Below, one piece after another: positions 22,624 to 32,049 of a stretch of 60,179 nt of DNA (positions are counted from its first letter, which is position 1; every line of letters begins with the position of its first letter). Made by a program: the position numbers and the translations under genes. A model generated the notes under the pieces. The model saw nothing but the letters and a program-made list of their open reading frames with translations, had not been told where the DNA came from and did not search any database. The stretch comes from Alphaproteobacteria bacterium (lineage in GTDB: Bacteria > Pseudomonadota > Alphaproteobacteria > Rs-D84). The stretch spans positions 1-60,179 of the forward strand of contig JAFRSF010000002.1 of assembly GCA_017427715.1 (NCBI GenBank), written 5' to 3'.

Positions 22624-23547
22624 ATGTTGTTAAATATATTTTTATTACTAGTGGGCTTTGTTGTATTGACGTATGGGGCGGATATGTTCATAGACGGTTC
22701 TTCTGCACTGGCCAGACGTTTTCATATTCCTGAAATAGTAATTGGTTTAACAATCGTTGCTTTGGGTACCAGTTTATCCGAAGCATCGGTTTCAATTGCA
22801 TCTGTGTTGCATGGTTCTAATGGTGTTGCAGTTGGAAATATATTGGGTTCTAACATCGCAAATATTTGGTTGGTGTTGGGATTAACTGTGACAATATCTG
22901 CGTTGACAATACGAAAAAACACAATTAAATACGAAATACCCTTTGTATGTTTTATCACAATATTATTGATGTGGATGGGCGGTTTTTATGGACAAATTTC
23001 CCGCTGGGGTGCTGGATTATTAATCATTTTATTTTTGTTGTTTCTAATATATTTACGAACTGTGGGGATACGGGACACAGAAACAGAAATCGATATCAAA
23101 GAAATGTCAGGAATAAAAACCATAATGTTTCTATTGGTTGGATTAGCATTGGTTATTTATGGCAGTAATTTAATAGTTGATTCATCTGTTAATATTGCAC
23201 GGATTATGAAAATATCTGAACGCATAATCGGATTAACAATTGTCGCTTTTGGCACCAGTTTACCAGAATTGGTGACCTGTATAGTGGCAGTGTTAAAAAA
23301 ACGTTCTGATTTAGCAGTCGGAAACATCATTGGTTCAAACATAGTGAACATATTATTTGTTTTGGGTGTCACGGGATTAATACGACCAATTTTGTTTGAA
23401 CATGCGTTTTTAACAGATGCCACGATTGCGGTTGTTGCAACTGTTATGTTGTGGTTATTTGCGTTTCCGCATCATAAATTATCACGTGGTTCGGGTGTGA
23501 TATTTTTAATGTCTTATTTGTTTTATGTTGCATATTTGTTTGTATGA
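22624..23547 (+). CDS. Calcium/sodium antiporter (YrbG/CaCA family)
   Basis: Two alpha repeats, IGLTIVA.GTSL(S/P)E and AVGNI.GSNI.N. Confidence 0.92.
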   Translation: MLLNIFLLLVGFVVLTYGADMFIDGSSALARRFHIPEIVIGLTIVALGTSLSEASVSIASVLHGSNGVAVGNILGSNIANIWLVLGLTVTISALTIRKNTIKYEIPFVCFITILLMWMGGFYGQISRWGAGLLIILFLLFLIYLRTVGIRDTETEIDIKEMSGIKTIMFLLVGLALVIYGSNLIVDSSVNIARIMKISERIIGLTIVAFGTSLPELVTCIVAVLKKRSDLAVGNIIGSNIVNILFVLGVTGLIRPILFEHAFLTDATIAVVATVMLWLFAFPHHKLSRGSGVIFLMSYLFYVAYLFV

Positions 23548-23634
23548 AATAAGAAATATGCCGCTTCCCCACCCAATTCTCCCCTTAGTTTTAATTCTTC
23601 CTATGGCACAGCCCGCCACATATTAACTCCCCCG

Positions 23635-23660
23635 GTACGTCCGTAGGACGGGAGGGAGGT
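23635..23660. repeat. Left copy of a 26-bp inverted repeat flanking the 24040 gene
   Basis: GTACGTCCGTAGGACGGGAGGGAGGT matches the reverse complement of 26382-26407 at 25/26. Confidence 0.85.
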
Positions 23661-23673
23661 ACCACAACGCAGT

Positions 23674-23791
23674 TGTGTCATGCTGAACGAGCAAAGCGAG
23701 TGTGAGCATCCAGGTCAATAAAAAAAAGTAGTTCGGCTATGCCGAACACCTTAATTAACCTGGATTGCCACGCTGCGCTCGCAATGACACA
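23674..23791. repeat. Palindromic REP/MITE-like element
   Basis: Terminal inverted repeats TGTGTCAT/ATGACACA, internal ATCCAGGT/ACCTGGAT and GTTCGGC-TAT-GCCGAAC stems. Confidence 0.7.
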
Positions 23792-23837
23792 GCCCATAGG
23801 GGCTGTTTGTCGTGGCAGTATTAAACCCTTGTACAAA

Positions 23838-23991
23838 AAAGGTACGTTTAAAATCAAGTACTTTTTTCTGTTATGTTTAACTTTGTTAATAAATACAAAA
23901 AATCATTAGAACCATTGATAATCAAGGCGTTCATGATTTTTTAATAAAAAATTAAAATTTGGTTTGACTCTTGTATTTTAAACGTACCTTT
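23838..23991. promoter_or_regulatory. Candidate invertible promoter segment
   Basis: Perfect 17-bp inverted repeats AAAGGTACGTTTAAAAT (23838-23854) and ATTTTAAACGTACCTTT (23975-23991) around 120 bp, ending 48 bp before ATG 24040. Confidence 0.5.
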
Positions 23992-24039
23992 GTGTAACAA
24001 TTTTTCCAGGATGGAAAGACAGATTTCATAGGGTTTTAA

Positions 24040-26382
24040 ATGTTGTGGGCGTGTAAAAAATTGTTACAAAATGTATGTTTTGGATTGATATTCGTGTCAA
24101 TGTTGTTTTGTTGTTCTGCGTACGCGGTTGATTGTGCAAGTAATGAATTTAAATATATTGATGCTAACAACAACGAAACATGTATAGAAAACAAATTTCA
24201 AATCACCACCACAAACGATACAGACAAATTCGTATTTAACATGTCTGCTAAGGGAACCTTTTACATTGATTGGGGTGATGGAAATGTTGAATTAATTGAC
24301 CGTGCAAATACGACCACTATGACCGAATATTCACATGATTATGCATCTGCCAACGAATATATAATAAAATTCGGCGGCCTTGCTACGGGGTATAACAATG
24401 CCAGTTCTTATCCAGCCATGTCGTTTGGGGTAATAGTTGGTATTGGTTCTGGTACAGAGCGTTCTACAAACAATACACCAACCAAAATATATGCGATATA
24501 TGGCCAGTTACCAAAATTGTTTCCAACAATTGGTAATGGTAATACAGGTTTATTGCAGCCAAAGTTTGCCGATTTATTTAATGGTGCATCCAATTTAGTT
24601 GGCAATATACCATCTGATTTATTTAGTGGTTTGTCCGGAGCATTTGTTAATTACATGTTTACCAGAACATTTAAGAATTGCAGGGGGTTGACGGGTGCAA
24701 TACCGGAAAATCTGTTTTCTGGTATTACAGGTTCATTAAGACATAGCATGTTTTTTCATACGTTTTATGGTTGTTCGGGGTTAAACGGAACAAATATTGA
24801 TGACCCGGATAATCCAGGAATGAAATATGCAATACCACCAAATTTATTTGCTGGTATATCATCTGGAACATCTGGTGCATATTATGCGTTCGCTTCTACA
24901 TTTCTGGGGTGTAATAAATTATCCGGAACAATACCATCAACTTTATTTTCCAGCGTATCAGGTGGTCCTGTGGCTCACATGTTTGCTCTAACTTTCTATG
25001 GTTGTACAAGATTAACCGGTGCTATTCCTAAAAAACTATTTTGGGGTGTTTCTGGAACGTTATCAAATAATGTTTTTCAAGATACTTTCATGAATTGTTC
25101 TGGTTTAACAGGTGCAATACCAGAAGATTTATTTGGACATGTTATTGACGGTGTTTATTATGGAATCAGTGGACAACCAAAACAATATGCATTTTCTAGA
25201 ACTTTCTATGGTTGCACCGGCTTAACCGGTCCGATACCAGAAAATCTTTTTGGACGCGTGGTTAATAACACATATTATGGGCTTAGTGGCAATATAGAGA
25301 ATTATTCTTTCTATGCAACATTTTGGAATTGCAAAGGTCTAACGCAAATACCAGCCAATCTTTTTGGAAGAGTTGTTAATGGCGTATATTATGGTGTGAC
25401 GGGTACCAGCAATTATGGTTTATGTAATACTTTTGGTAGTGGTGGCTTTACATCAATCCCAGAAAATCTGTTTGTAAAAAATGTTGGCGGCACATGGTAT
25501 GGTATTGTCGGAACACCAAAGCAGTATATGTTTAGTGGTACTTTTTCATATAATAATTCTTTAAAGGGAAAAATCCCCGACAATTTATTTGCCGGCATAT
25601 CTGGTGTGTTAGAAACAAACGCGTTTTATCGCACATTTTACAGTTGCACAAACCTGGGTAAAGATTCAGTTGGTGGGACAAGCAGATATTTTATTCCACC
25701 AGAATTATTTGCTGGTATTGATGATACCGATTATGAATCGGGACCAATGAATGGCATTTTTAACAACACTGGTTTGTTAACATCTTGCCCGAATAATTAT
25801 TATAAAATGTCTACACCATTCCAAGTTGATTGGGCAAACAGAGTCGCTTGCAACGCATGTCCAACAGAATATCCTGATTCTGTATCTGGTTCAACATCTA
25901 TTGACCAATGTTATGCTGATATAAATTATTATGATTCTGATAAAACTACTTTGCTAAACAATGCCCAGATTTATTATGATTCAAATAATGTTTCTGGTTT
26001 TGGTTTTCCAAATTACACACCGGTTAAACCAGATGGTGCTTTTATAGAATGGGATGATGTGAACGGTAGTGCGATTGATACGAGTGGGACGTTTACTGGT
26101 GACCAGTCATTTTATGCTAAATGGCGGTTTAATTGTGATTCAGATAAATGGATGTATTTTAATATAGAAAACAATGAAACCACGCGTATGTGTTTATGCA
26201 ACGATAAACGCACTGAACATACATTGGTGATAAATCATGGTGGTGATACATATCATGCGATGTTGGTACCTGAAAGTGAACACGATTATACGATAAACAG
26301 CAACACACAACGTCATCTGAAAGTGCAAATGGGTAATACGATATACAATGCGTATGATGCATCAGTGTTGTTTGGGGATTAA
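24040..26382 (+). CDS. Secreted BspA-like leucine-rich-repeat surface protein
   Basis: Signal peptide, IDWGDG motif, many F..TFYGC.GLTGAIPENLF repeats, B-repeat-like segment, shared C-terminal domain. Confidence 0.82.
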   Translation: MLWACKKLLQNVCFGLIFVSMLFCCSAYAVDCASNEFKYIDANNNETCIENKFQITTTNDTDKFVFNMSAKGTFYIDWGDGNVELIDRANTTTMTEYSHDYASANEYIIKFGGLATGYNNASSYPAMSFGVIVGIGSGTERSTNNTPTKIYAIYGQLPKLFPTIGNGNTGLLQPKFADLFNGASNLVGNIPSDLFSGLSGAFVNYMFTRTFKNCRGLTGAIPENLFSGITGSLRHSMFFHTFYGCSGLNGTNIDDPDNPGMKYAIPPNLFAGISSGTSGAYYAFASTFLGCNKLSGTIPSTLFSSVSGGPVAHMFALTFYGCTRLTGAIPKKLFWGVSGTLSNNVFQDTFMNCSGLTGAIPEDLFGHVIDGVYYGISGQPKQYAFSRTFYGCTGLTGPIPENLFGRVVNNTYYGLSGNIENYSFYATFWNCKGLTQIPANLFGRVVNGVYYGVTGTSNYGLCNTFGSGGFTSIPENLFVKNVGGTWYGIVGTPKQYMFSGTFSYNNSLKGKIPDNLFAGISGVLETNAFYRTFYSCTNLGKDSVGGTSRYFIPPELFAGIDDTDYESGPMNGIFNNTGLLTSCPNNYYKMSTPFQVDWANRVACNACPTEYPDSVSGSTSIDQCYADINYYDSDKTTLLNNAQIYYDSNNVSGFGFPNYTPVKPDGAFIEWDDVNGSAIDTSGTFTGDQSFYAKWRFNCDSDKWMYFNIENNETTRMCLCNDKRTEHTLVINHGGDTYHAMLVPESEHDYTINSNTQRHLKVQMGNTIYNAYDASVLFGD

Positions 26383-26515
26383 CCTCCCTCCCATCCTACG
26401 GACGTACTCCCCCCAAGGGGAGAATTAATATGGGGGGCTTCGGACTACCGCCCAAAGGGGAGAATTACAATTCCCCGCCCGTGGCGGGGGGGACCGCTTG
26501 GGGTGGGGCGGGTAT
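26382..26515. repeat. GC-rich palindromic element containing the right copy of the 26-bp inverted repeat
   Basis: ACCTCCCTCCCATCCTACGGACGTAC, then two AAGGGGAGAATTA copies whose reverse complement AATTCTCCCCTT occurs at 23575. Confidence 0.7.
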
Positions 26516-26578
26516 TCCGGTATATTCTTTTATCTGAACGTCTGGCACGATGTTTTGTTCAATGTGATACATTTGTGC

Positions 26579-26607
26579 TTGACTTTCATATCAATTTGTG
26601 ATATTAT
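26579..26607 (+). promoter_or_regulatory. Sigma70-type promoter for the phage-like cluster
   Basis: TTGACT-17 nt-TATTAT. Confidence 0.55.
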
Positions 26608-26633
26608 ATGCAGTATCAAGAGTAGAAATTATG

Positions 26634-26693
26634 TCCGCACATTGTGCGGATTTTTTTATTCGATTTTTATGCGCACATATTGTGCGTTTTTTT
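26634..26693 (+). terminator. Two tandem terminator-like hairpins in the leader of the phage-like cluster
   Basis: TCCGCAC-ATT-GTGCGGA plus T7, and CGCACA-TAT-TGTGCG plus T7. Confidence 0.65.
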
Positions 26694-26722
26694 ATTAAAA
26701 AAACAATGGGGGGACAACCATC

Positions 26723-27133
26723 ATGCAATTAACACTGATTCATAATCCAGATGATAAACAAACTGTGTTATATAAATTATCGCGTGTCGTTTATGCTGAA
26801 ACTGGTGCGACATCGCTACAAATCGTAGAAGCAATGGCATCTATGATTTACAATATTCATATTAAATATGGAAAATCGTTTGATGATATATCAACAGATT
26901 CTGATTTATTCGAATCGCTAAAACCAACATCTAAACGACATGAATATTTGAACACAGACGCATCTGACAACAAATTTCAAATGTGTTTGCGTGTCGTTCA
27001 AAAAATGATGAACGGTAATTTACCAGATTCAGTGTTTGGTGCAACAATATTTCATCACACAGATGTTATGCCAAAATGGGCTGTTTCACGTGGCTATATT
27101 GCAGAATATAACGATTTATTGTTTTATCTGTAA
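26723..27133 (+). CDS. SleB-like cell wall hydrolase
   Basis: LSRVVYAET...EAMASMIYN and GATIFHH....PKWA...LLFY pattern of the Hydrolase_2 family. Confidence 0.7.
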   Translation: MQLTLIHNPDDKQTVLYKLSRVVYAETGATSLQIVEAMASMIYNIHIKYGKSFDDISTDSDLFESLKPTSKRHEYLNTDASDNKFQMCLRVVQKMMNGNLPDSVFGATIFHHTDVMPKWAVSRGYIAEYNDLLFYL

Positions 27134-27153
27134 TTGTTTAAAAGGATTTTAAT

Positions 27154-27375
27154 ATGAATAAAATAATCAAAGGTGGATATTTAACTGGTCGCAAAACTTA
27201 TGTGATTTCTGCGGTTGGAATTATGTCTGCATTGGGGGCATATTTAATTGGCGAAGAAGATATTTTTTCAACTTTGCAAACAATTTTTACATTGGGCGGT
27301 ATTTATTTTTTGAAACAAGAATCATCAACCAAAGGAAAAAACAATGGAACAAATACCAGACAAATTTCTAGATGA
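27154..27375 (+). CDS. Small 2-TM holin-like protein
   Basis: L.GRKTY N-terminal motif and two hydrophobic helices, next to the hydrolase. Confidence 0.55.
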   Translation: MNKIIKGGYLTGRKTYVISAVGIMSALGAYLIGEEDIFSTLQTIFTLGGIYFLKQESSTKGKNNGTNTRQISR

Positions 27376-28000
27376 AAATGGACAATTAAACACGTCTGCA
27401 TTAATAAAATCATATTGTGAATTGGAAAAAAAGATGGGAACGATGGTGTCTGTTCCCAAAGCAGACAGTGATGAAACGACAAAACAAAAATTTAATCATG
27501 CGATTGGCGTTCCTGATAATGCAAATGAATATCCAAATAATGCATTATTAGATGACGAATCGGTGCGTGAAAAATTTCATAAAATTGGTTTAACAAAAAA
27601 ACAAGTTGAAGAAATTTATAACATCGCTGAACAATTTTTACAACCAACAATAAAAAATTTATTTCAAATGCAAACTGAAACAAATGCAATAAATGAATTA
27701 AAAAATTTCTTTGGCACAACAGAAAAAATGAACGAAGCAATGAAAGAAATAAATGCATTTGGTGAAAGATTTTTACCACGTGATGCATTTGATGAATTGT
27801 GCGCTACACCCCAGGGAATCCAAGGCATATACAAGATGATGCAATCAATAGAACCAGAAGTTTTTACAGATAAAAACACAATAAAAAATCTAACTGATGA
27901 TGATTTAAGAACGATGATGCGTGATCCAAAATATTGGCGTGATCATGATGAAGAATATATAAGAAAAATAGAAAGTGGTTTCAAAAAATTATATTCATAA
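27344..28000 (+). CDS. Putative capsid assembly scaffolding protein
   Basis: IPDKF...ALIKSY.ELEKKMG and LRTMMRDPKYWRD motifs, upstream of the capsid gene. Confidence 0.7.
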   Translation: MEQIPDKFLDENGQLNTSALIKSYCELEKKMGTMVSVPKADSDETTKQKFNHAIGVPDNANEYPNNALLDDESVREKFHKIGLTKKQVEEIYNIAEQFLQPTIKNLFQMQTETNAINELKNFFGTTEKMNEAMKEINAFGERFLPRDAFDELCATPQGIQGIYKMMQSIEPEVFTDKNTIKNLTDDDLRTMMRDPKYWRDHDEEYIRKIESGFKKLYS

Positions 28001-28099
28001 AATAACTTTTTATTCTTTACTAATTGATTTGATTCGTATAAAATATAAACTAAGAACAAAATAATTTTGTTCTATCCAAAAACTTAAAAGGAGAGAATT

Positions 28100-28393
28100 A
28101 TGTTCTTTGGTTCTAAGAAAAAATGTGCATCTGCAAAGCCAGTTGCAAAACCAGCCGCAAAAAAAGTTGCTGTTAAAAAAGTAGCCGTTAAAAAAACTGC
28201 TGCAAAAAAACCAGTTGCTAAAAAAGCACCTGTTAAAAAAGTTGCAGCGAAAAAAACAGTTGCAAAAAAAGCACCTGCAAAAAAAGTTGCAGCAAAAAAA
28301 CCAGTTGCAAAAAAAGTAGTTGCTAAAAAAGCACCTGCAAAAAAAGTTGCAGCAAAAAAACCAGTTGCAAAAAAAGTTGCAAAGAAAAAATAA
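28100..28393 (+). CDS. Histone H1-like Lys/Ala-rich protein
   Basis: Pentapeptide repeats such as [10 protein letters not shown] and APAKK. Strong AAGGAG SD and its own downstream hairpin. Confidence 0.85.
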   Translation: MFFGSKKKCASAKPVAKPAAKKVAVKKVAVKKTAAKKPVAKKAPVKKVAAKKTVAKKAPAKKVAAKKPVAKKVVAKKAPAKKVAAKKPVAKKVAKKK

Positions 28394-28635
28394 TGAATCA
28401 ACGCATATGATTGCGTAATGTTATTTTATCCCCAGAATCTTTGATTTTGGGGATTTTTTAATGATGAATCTTTCAGTCAGATTTTGTTATGGTCTGACTG
28501 AATTTTTTATCAGGACAATCCGTTTGTGGACCCGTTTTATTTTGTTTTATGGCGCAATATATTTGCATAACCATTAACCAAAATGTATGTCGCCCGTATT
28601 TGGGCAATATTCACACTTTAACAAAAGGATTTCTT

Positions 28636-29463
28636 ATGTCTTTATCTGTAGATCAAGTTTTTATAAAACAATTTGAAGCAGATGTTCATTTGGCTTATCA
28701 GCAAATGGGAACAAAATTGCGTTCTACAATTCGCAGCAAAACCGGTGTTACAGGCACTTCTACAACATTTCAAAAAATTGGCAAAGGCATTGCCAGTACA
28801 AAATCTCGTCATGGCATTGTACCTGTGATGAATTTGAATCATACACCTGTGGAATGTGTCTTGCAGGATTATTATGCAGGTGATTGGATTGATGCTTTGG
28901 ATGAATTGAAAACCAATGTTGATGAACGCCGTGTTGTTGCATCTGCTGGTGCTTATGCATTAGGGCGCAAAACAGATGAATTGATTATTGCTGCAATGAA
29001 TACAGCAACACAATATGTTGGTGATTATTCAACAGGTTTAACAAAATCATTGATAATGAACGCGCTTGAAAAATTAAACGAAAACGATGTGCCAGACGAT
29101 GGTCGCAGATTCGCAATAGTTGGTGTTCATCAATGGAATGAATTGATGGGATTGACTGAATTTGTGTCTGCTGATTATGTTGGTAATGCAACACCATTGA
29201 TTGATGGGTGCGAATCCAGAAAATGGATGGGGGTTAATTGGATTTTATGTAATTCATTACCTTTGGCAAATTCAGATGAACGTGATTGCTTTATTTATCA
29301 TGCATCCAGCATTGGTCATGCGTGTGGTCAAGAAGTTAAAACAGATATTACATGGCATGGCGAACGTGCGGCACACTTTATCAGCAACAGCATGTCCCAA
29401 GGTGCCGTATTGATTGATGCAGAAGGTATTGTTCGTATTAAATGTGATGATAACGCCGCTTAA
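28636..29463 (+). CDS. Phage major capsid protein (podovirus type)
   Basis: FIKQFEADVHLAYQQMGTKLR, D.LDELK, AYALGRKTDE, DVPDDG.R, SADYVG motifs. AAGGA SD. Confidence 0.82.
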   Translation: MSLSVDQVFIKQFEADVHLAYQQMGTKLRSTIRSKTGVTGTSTTFQKIGKGIASTKSRHGIVPVMNLNHTPVECVLQDYYAGDWIDALDELKTNVDERRVVASAGAYALGRKTDELIIAAMNTATQYVGDYSTGLTKSLIMNALEKLNENDVPDDGRRFAIVGVHQWNELMGLTEFVSADYVGNATPLIDGCESRKWMGVNWILCNSLPLANSDERDCFIYHASSIGHACGQEVKTDITWHGERAAHFISNSMSQGAVLIDAEGIVRIKCDDNAA

Positions 29464-29489
29464 AATAACACAACCAAAAGGAAAATCAA

Positions 29490-29720
29490 ATGGCATTTCA
29501 AAATAAAAACTTATCTGTGATCGCATACGCAAACGGGTTTACTTTGTGGCATTACAAAGCGAACGAAACGTTGGCAACGATAACAACATCTGGATACTTT
29601 TCCAGTATTCACACATTGATGAACACAGGTGATATTATTTTAATCAACGGTTCTAATGGAACAACTTTGAAATCTATCTCTGTTTCAGATGGTGTTGTTT
29701 CGGTTGCTTCTTTGTCATAA
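29490..29720 (+). CDS. Small phage structural/decoration-like protein
   Basis: LSVIAYANGFTLWHY and GYF....LMNTGDII motifs, directly after the capsid gene. Confidence 0.6.
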   Translation: MAFQNKNLSVIAYANGFTLWHYKANETLATITTSGYFSSIHTLMNTGDIILINGSNGTTLKSISVSDGVVSVASLS

Positions 29721-29741
29721 AGATGCGTAATGATGTTTTAC

Positions 29742-29767
29742 AACGGGTCGTCAAAACGGCCCGTTTT
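29742..29767 (+). terminator. Terminator after the capsid genes
   Basis: AACGGGTCGT-CAAA-ACGGCCCGTTTT. Confidence 0.6.
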
Positions 29768-29787
29768 ATATTAAATAGGTATAAAAT

Positions 29788-30306
29788 ATGTTTACAAAAA
29801 TAGATTTATGTTCAATGGCATTGTTGAAAATAGGCGAAAAACCCATACAATCTTTAAGTGAAGATTCTGCATCTGCTCAACTGGCCAGAACGTTATTTGA
29901 TGCGGTGGTTGATACATTGTTGTCTATGTTTCCATGGCGTTTTGCAACACAAAAAATTACATTAACCAAAAATACAGATGGTGATTTTGTTATTCCTGCA
30001 AATGTTTTGCGTGTAATAAAAAACGAAGGCAAAATAACAGGTAACAAAATTATTTCGCCAACAGATACGTTGGAAATTATCGCAGTAGTTAGAACAGAAC
30101 CAGAATTATTTCCTGGATATTTTGCAACACTGGTTGCAACAAAACTGGCGACAGAGTTTTGTATTCCGTTAATTGGCGATGTAAATGTATTCAAAATGAT
30201 GACTGCTTTGTACGAATCAGAATATCAATCTGCAAAGTTTATAGACAGCACCACATCTAATCAAGCAAACATAGATGATTTTTCTTTAATAGATTCTAGA
30301 TTTTAA
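29788..30306 (+). CDS. Tail tubular protein A / adaptor-like protein
   Basis: IDLCSMALLKIGEKPI.SL, LLS.FPWRFA, FSLIDSR pattern and position in the cluster. Confidence 0.72.
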   Translation: MFTKIDLCSMALLKIGEKPIQSLSEDSASAQLARTLFDAVVDTLLSMFPWRFATQKITLTKNTDGDFVIPANVLRVIKNEGKITGNKIISPTDTLEIIAVVRTEPELFPGYFATLVATKLATEFCIPLIGDVNVFKMMTALYESEYQSAKFIDSTTSNQANIDDFSLIDSRF

Positions 30307-30322
30307 CCCAAGGAGTTTTATC

Positions 30323-32035
30323 ATGGGAAACTTTCTTAAAACACAAAGTATTTTTTCTTGCGGTGAAATATCACCAGATTTTTATGCGCAAAATAATATA
30401 CACGGTGTTGCCAAACTAGAAAATATGGATGTTTTGCAATCTGGGGGTGTAAATCGTAGACCCGGATTGAAAACCATTGGTAATACACATAATGATGCCA
30501 TAATGATTCCGTTTCCAATAAACGAAACAGAAAAATATTTATTGATATTTTATGACAGGGCAATAGATATATATTATAACAATACGAAAATAGAAACAAT
30601 GGCTGCGCCGTGGCGGACGGCTGATTTGCGTACATTGCAATATGCACAAAGATTTAACACAATATTTTTTGTTCATCCAAATTACAGACCATACGTTTTA
30701 ACTAAAAAAGCGAACAGTTTTGATTTGTCTGTTTTTCAGTTTCACGTTAATTCAGATCTTAGTGTAAATATTCCTTTTGTACGTTTTGAAGAAACAGCGG
30801 GTATTTCTTTGATAATTACCAGCAGTGATATTGATTTGAATCATGCCACGTTTACAGCCAGTGCAGATTATTTTACTGCCAATTCTGTAGGACAAAGAAT
30901 AAATGCTATTTCAAAACAATGGGTTGTTGAATCTGTTCAAAATGCACGTGTGGCAATCGTATATACTAACGGAGATTTTTCATTTCCAGGCAGTCCTGTA
31001 TACGCATGGTCTGAAAGTGTTTTTTCAAATAGACGGGGTTGGCCCAGTTGTATAACATTTCATCAAAATAGATTAGTTTTTGCCGGGACACCGTCTTTGC
31101 CAAATGCAGTGTGGTTGTCGAAAACGGGGGATTATTATAATTTTGATGTTGGCACAGGTCTTGATGATGATGCGATTTATACAACATTGTTGTCTGCACA
31201 ACATCATAATATATGCACTTTGGTCAGCAGTGATAAATTACAGGTTCTTACATCCATTGGTGAATGGGCAATTTCAGGAAATCCGTTGACACCATCGTCT
31301 GTAAATATCAAACAACATACATCTGTTGGCAGCATGATGAATAGATATCTGCCACCACAACAAATAGAAGGCAGTACTGTATTCATATCAAAATCAGGCA
31401 AAGACATTCGTGAATTAGATTTGGATGCATTGGGTGAAAATTATAATGCAACAGATTTATGTGTGTTTTCTAAACATCTGATGAACAATCCAATCAGTAT
31501 GGCATATGATGCAAATCGTCATAAATTATTCATAGTAATGTCAAATGGTGATATGGCTTTGTTGCATAAATATTCTAATACAGATATATCTGCATGGGGA
31601 ACGTATAAAACAGATGGACAATTCAAATATGTATGCGTTTTCGATGATGATGTATATGTTATTGTGCAAAGACAAAATGTAAATATGCTTGAAAAATTTG
31701 ATGAAACCTGTCTTTCTGATTCTGTTTCGTACAATTTTTCATATAAAATATCTGGTTGCCCGATTATTGCAAATAATCACAGCCCGAAAAAAATTCGTAT
31801 TCGCAAGATATCATTGCGTGTAATGAATACCAAAACACTGTTTGTAAACGAACATCGTATAAAACTGCCTGATTATATTTATGCGAATAATAATCCGGGA
31901 TACAATGGCGATGTATCAATCAATTTGTTGGGCAGTGAATATAACACGATGCAATCTTTGTGGTCTGTATCCAGCAACGAACAATTACCAGCAACAATAT
32001 TGTCTGTCAGTGTGGATGGATGGTATCAAATATAA
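30323..32035 (+). CDS. Tail tubular protein B / nozzle-like protein
   Basis: FS.GEISP, GGV.RRPG, GWPS.ITFHQNRL.FAG, WLSKTGDYYNF motifs. Confidence 0.78.
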   Translation: MGNFLKTQSIFSCGEISPDFYAQNNIHGVAKLENMDVLQSGGVNRRPGLKTIGNTHNDAIMIPFPINETEKYLLIFYDRAIDIYYNNTKIETMAAPWRTADLRTLQYAQRFNTIFFVHPNYRPYVLTKKANSFDLSVFQFHVNSDLSVNIPFVRFEETAGISLIITSSDIDLNHATFTASADYFTANSVGQRINAISKQWVVESVQNARVAIVYTNGDFSFPGSPVYAWSESVFSNRRGWPSCITFHQNRLVFAGTPSLPNAVWLSKTGDYYNFDVGTGLDDDAIYTTLLSAQHHNICTLVSSDKLQVLTSIGEWAISGNPLTPSSVNIKQHTSVGSMMNRYLPPQQIEGSTVFISKSGKDIRELDLDALGENYNATDLCVFSKHLMNNPISMAYDANRHKLFIVMSNGDMALLHKYSNTDISAWGTYKTDGQFKYVCVFDDDVYVIVQRQNVNMLEKFDETCLSDSVSYNFSYKISGCPIIANNHSPKKIRIRKISLRVMNTKTLFVNEHRIKLPDYIYANNNPGYNGDVSINLLGSEYNTMQSLWSVSSNEQLPATILSVSVDGWYQI

Positions 32036-32049
32036 AAAGGAGATTTAAT

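Noticed and set aside
28084-28401. Minus-strand FFAT-repeat ORF or CRISPR-like array
   Set aside because: It is the antisense of the H1-like gene. The repeats are 15-bp coding units without unique spacers, and no cas genes are present.
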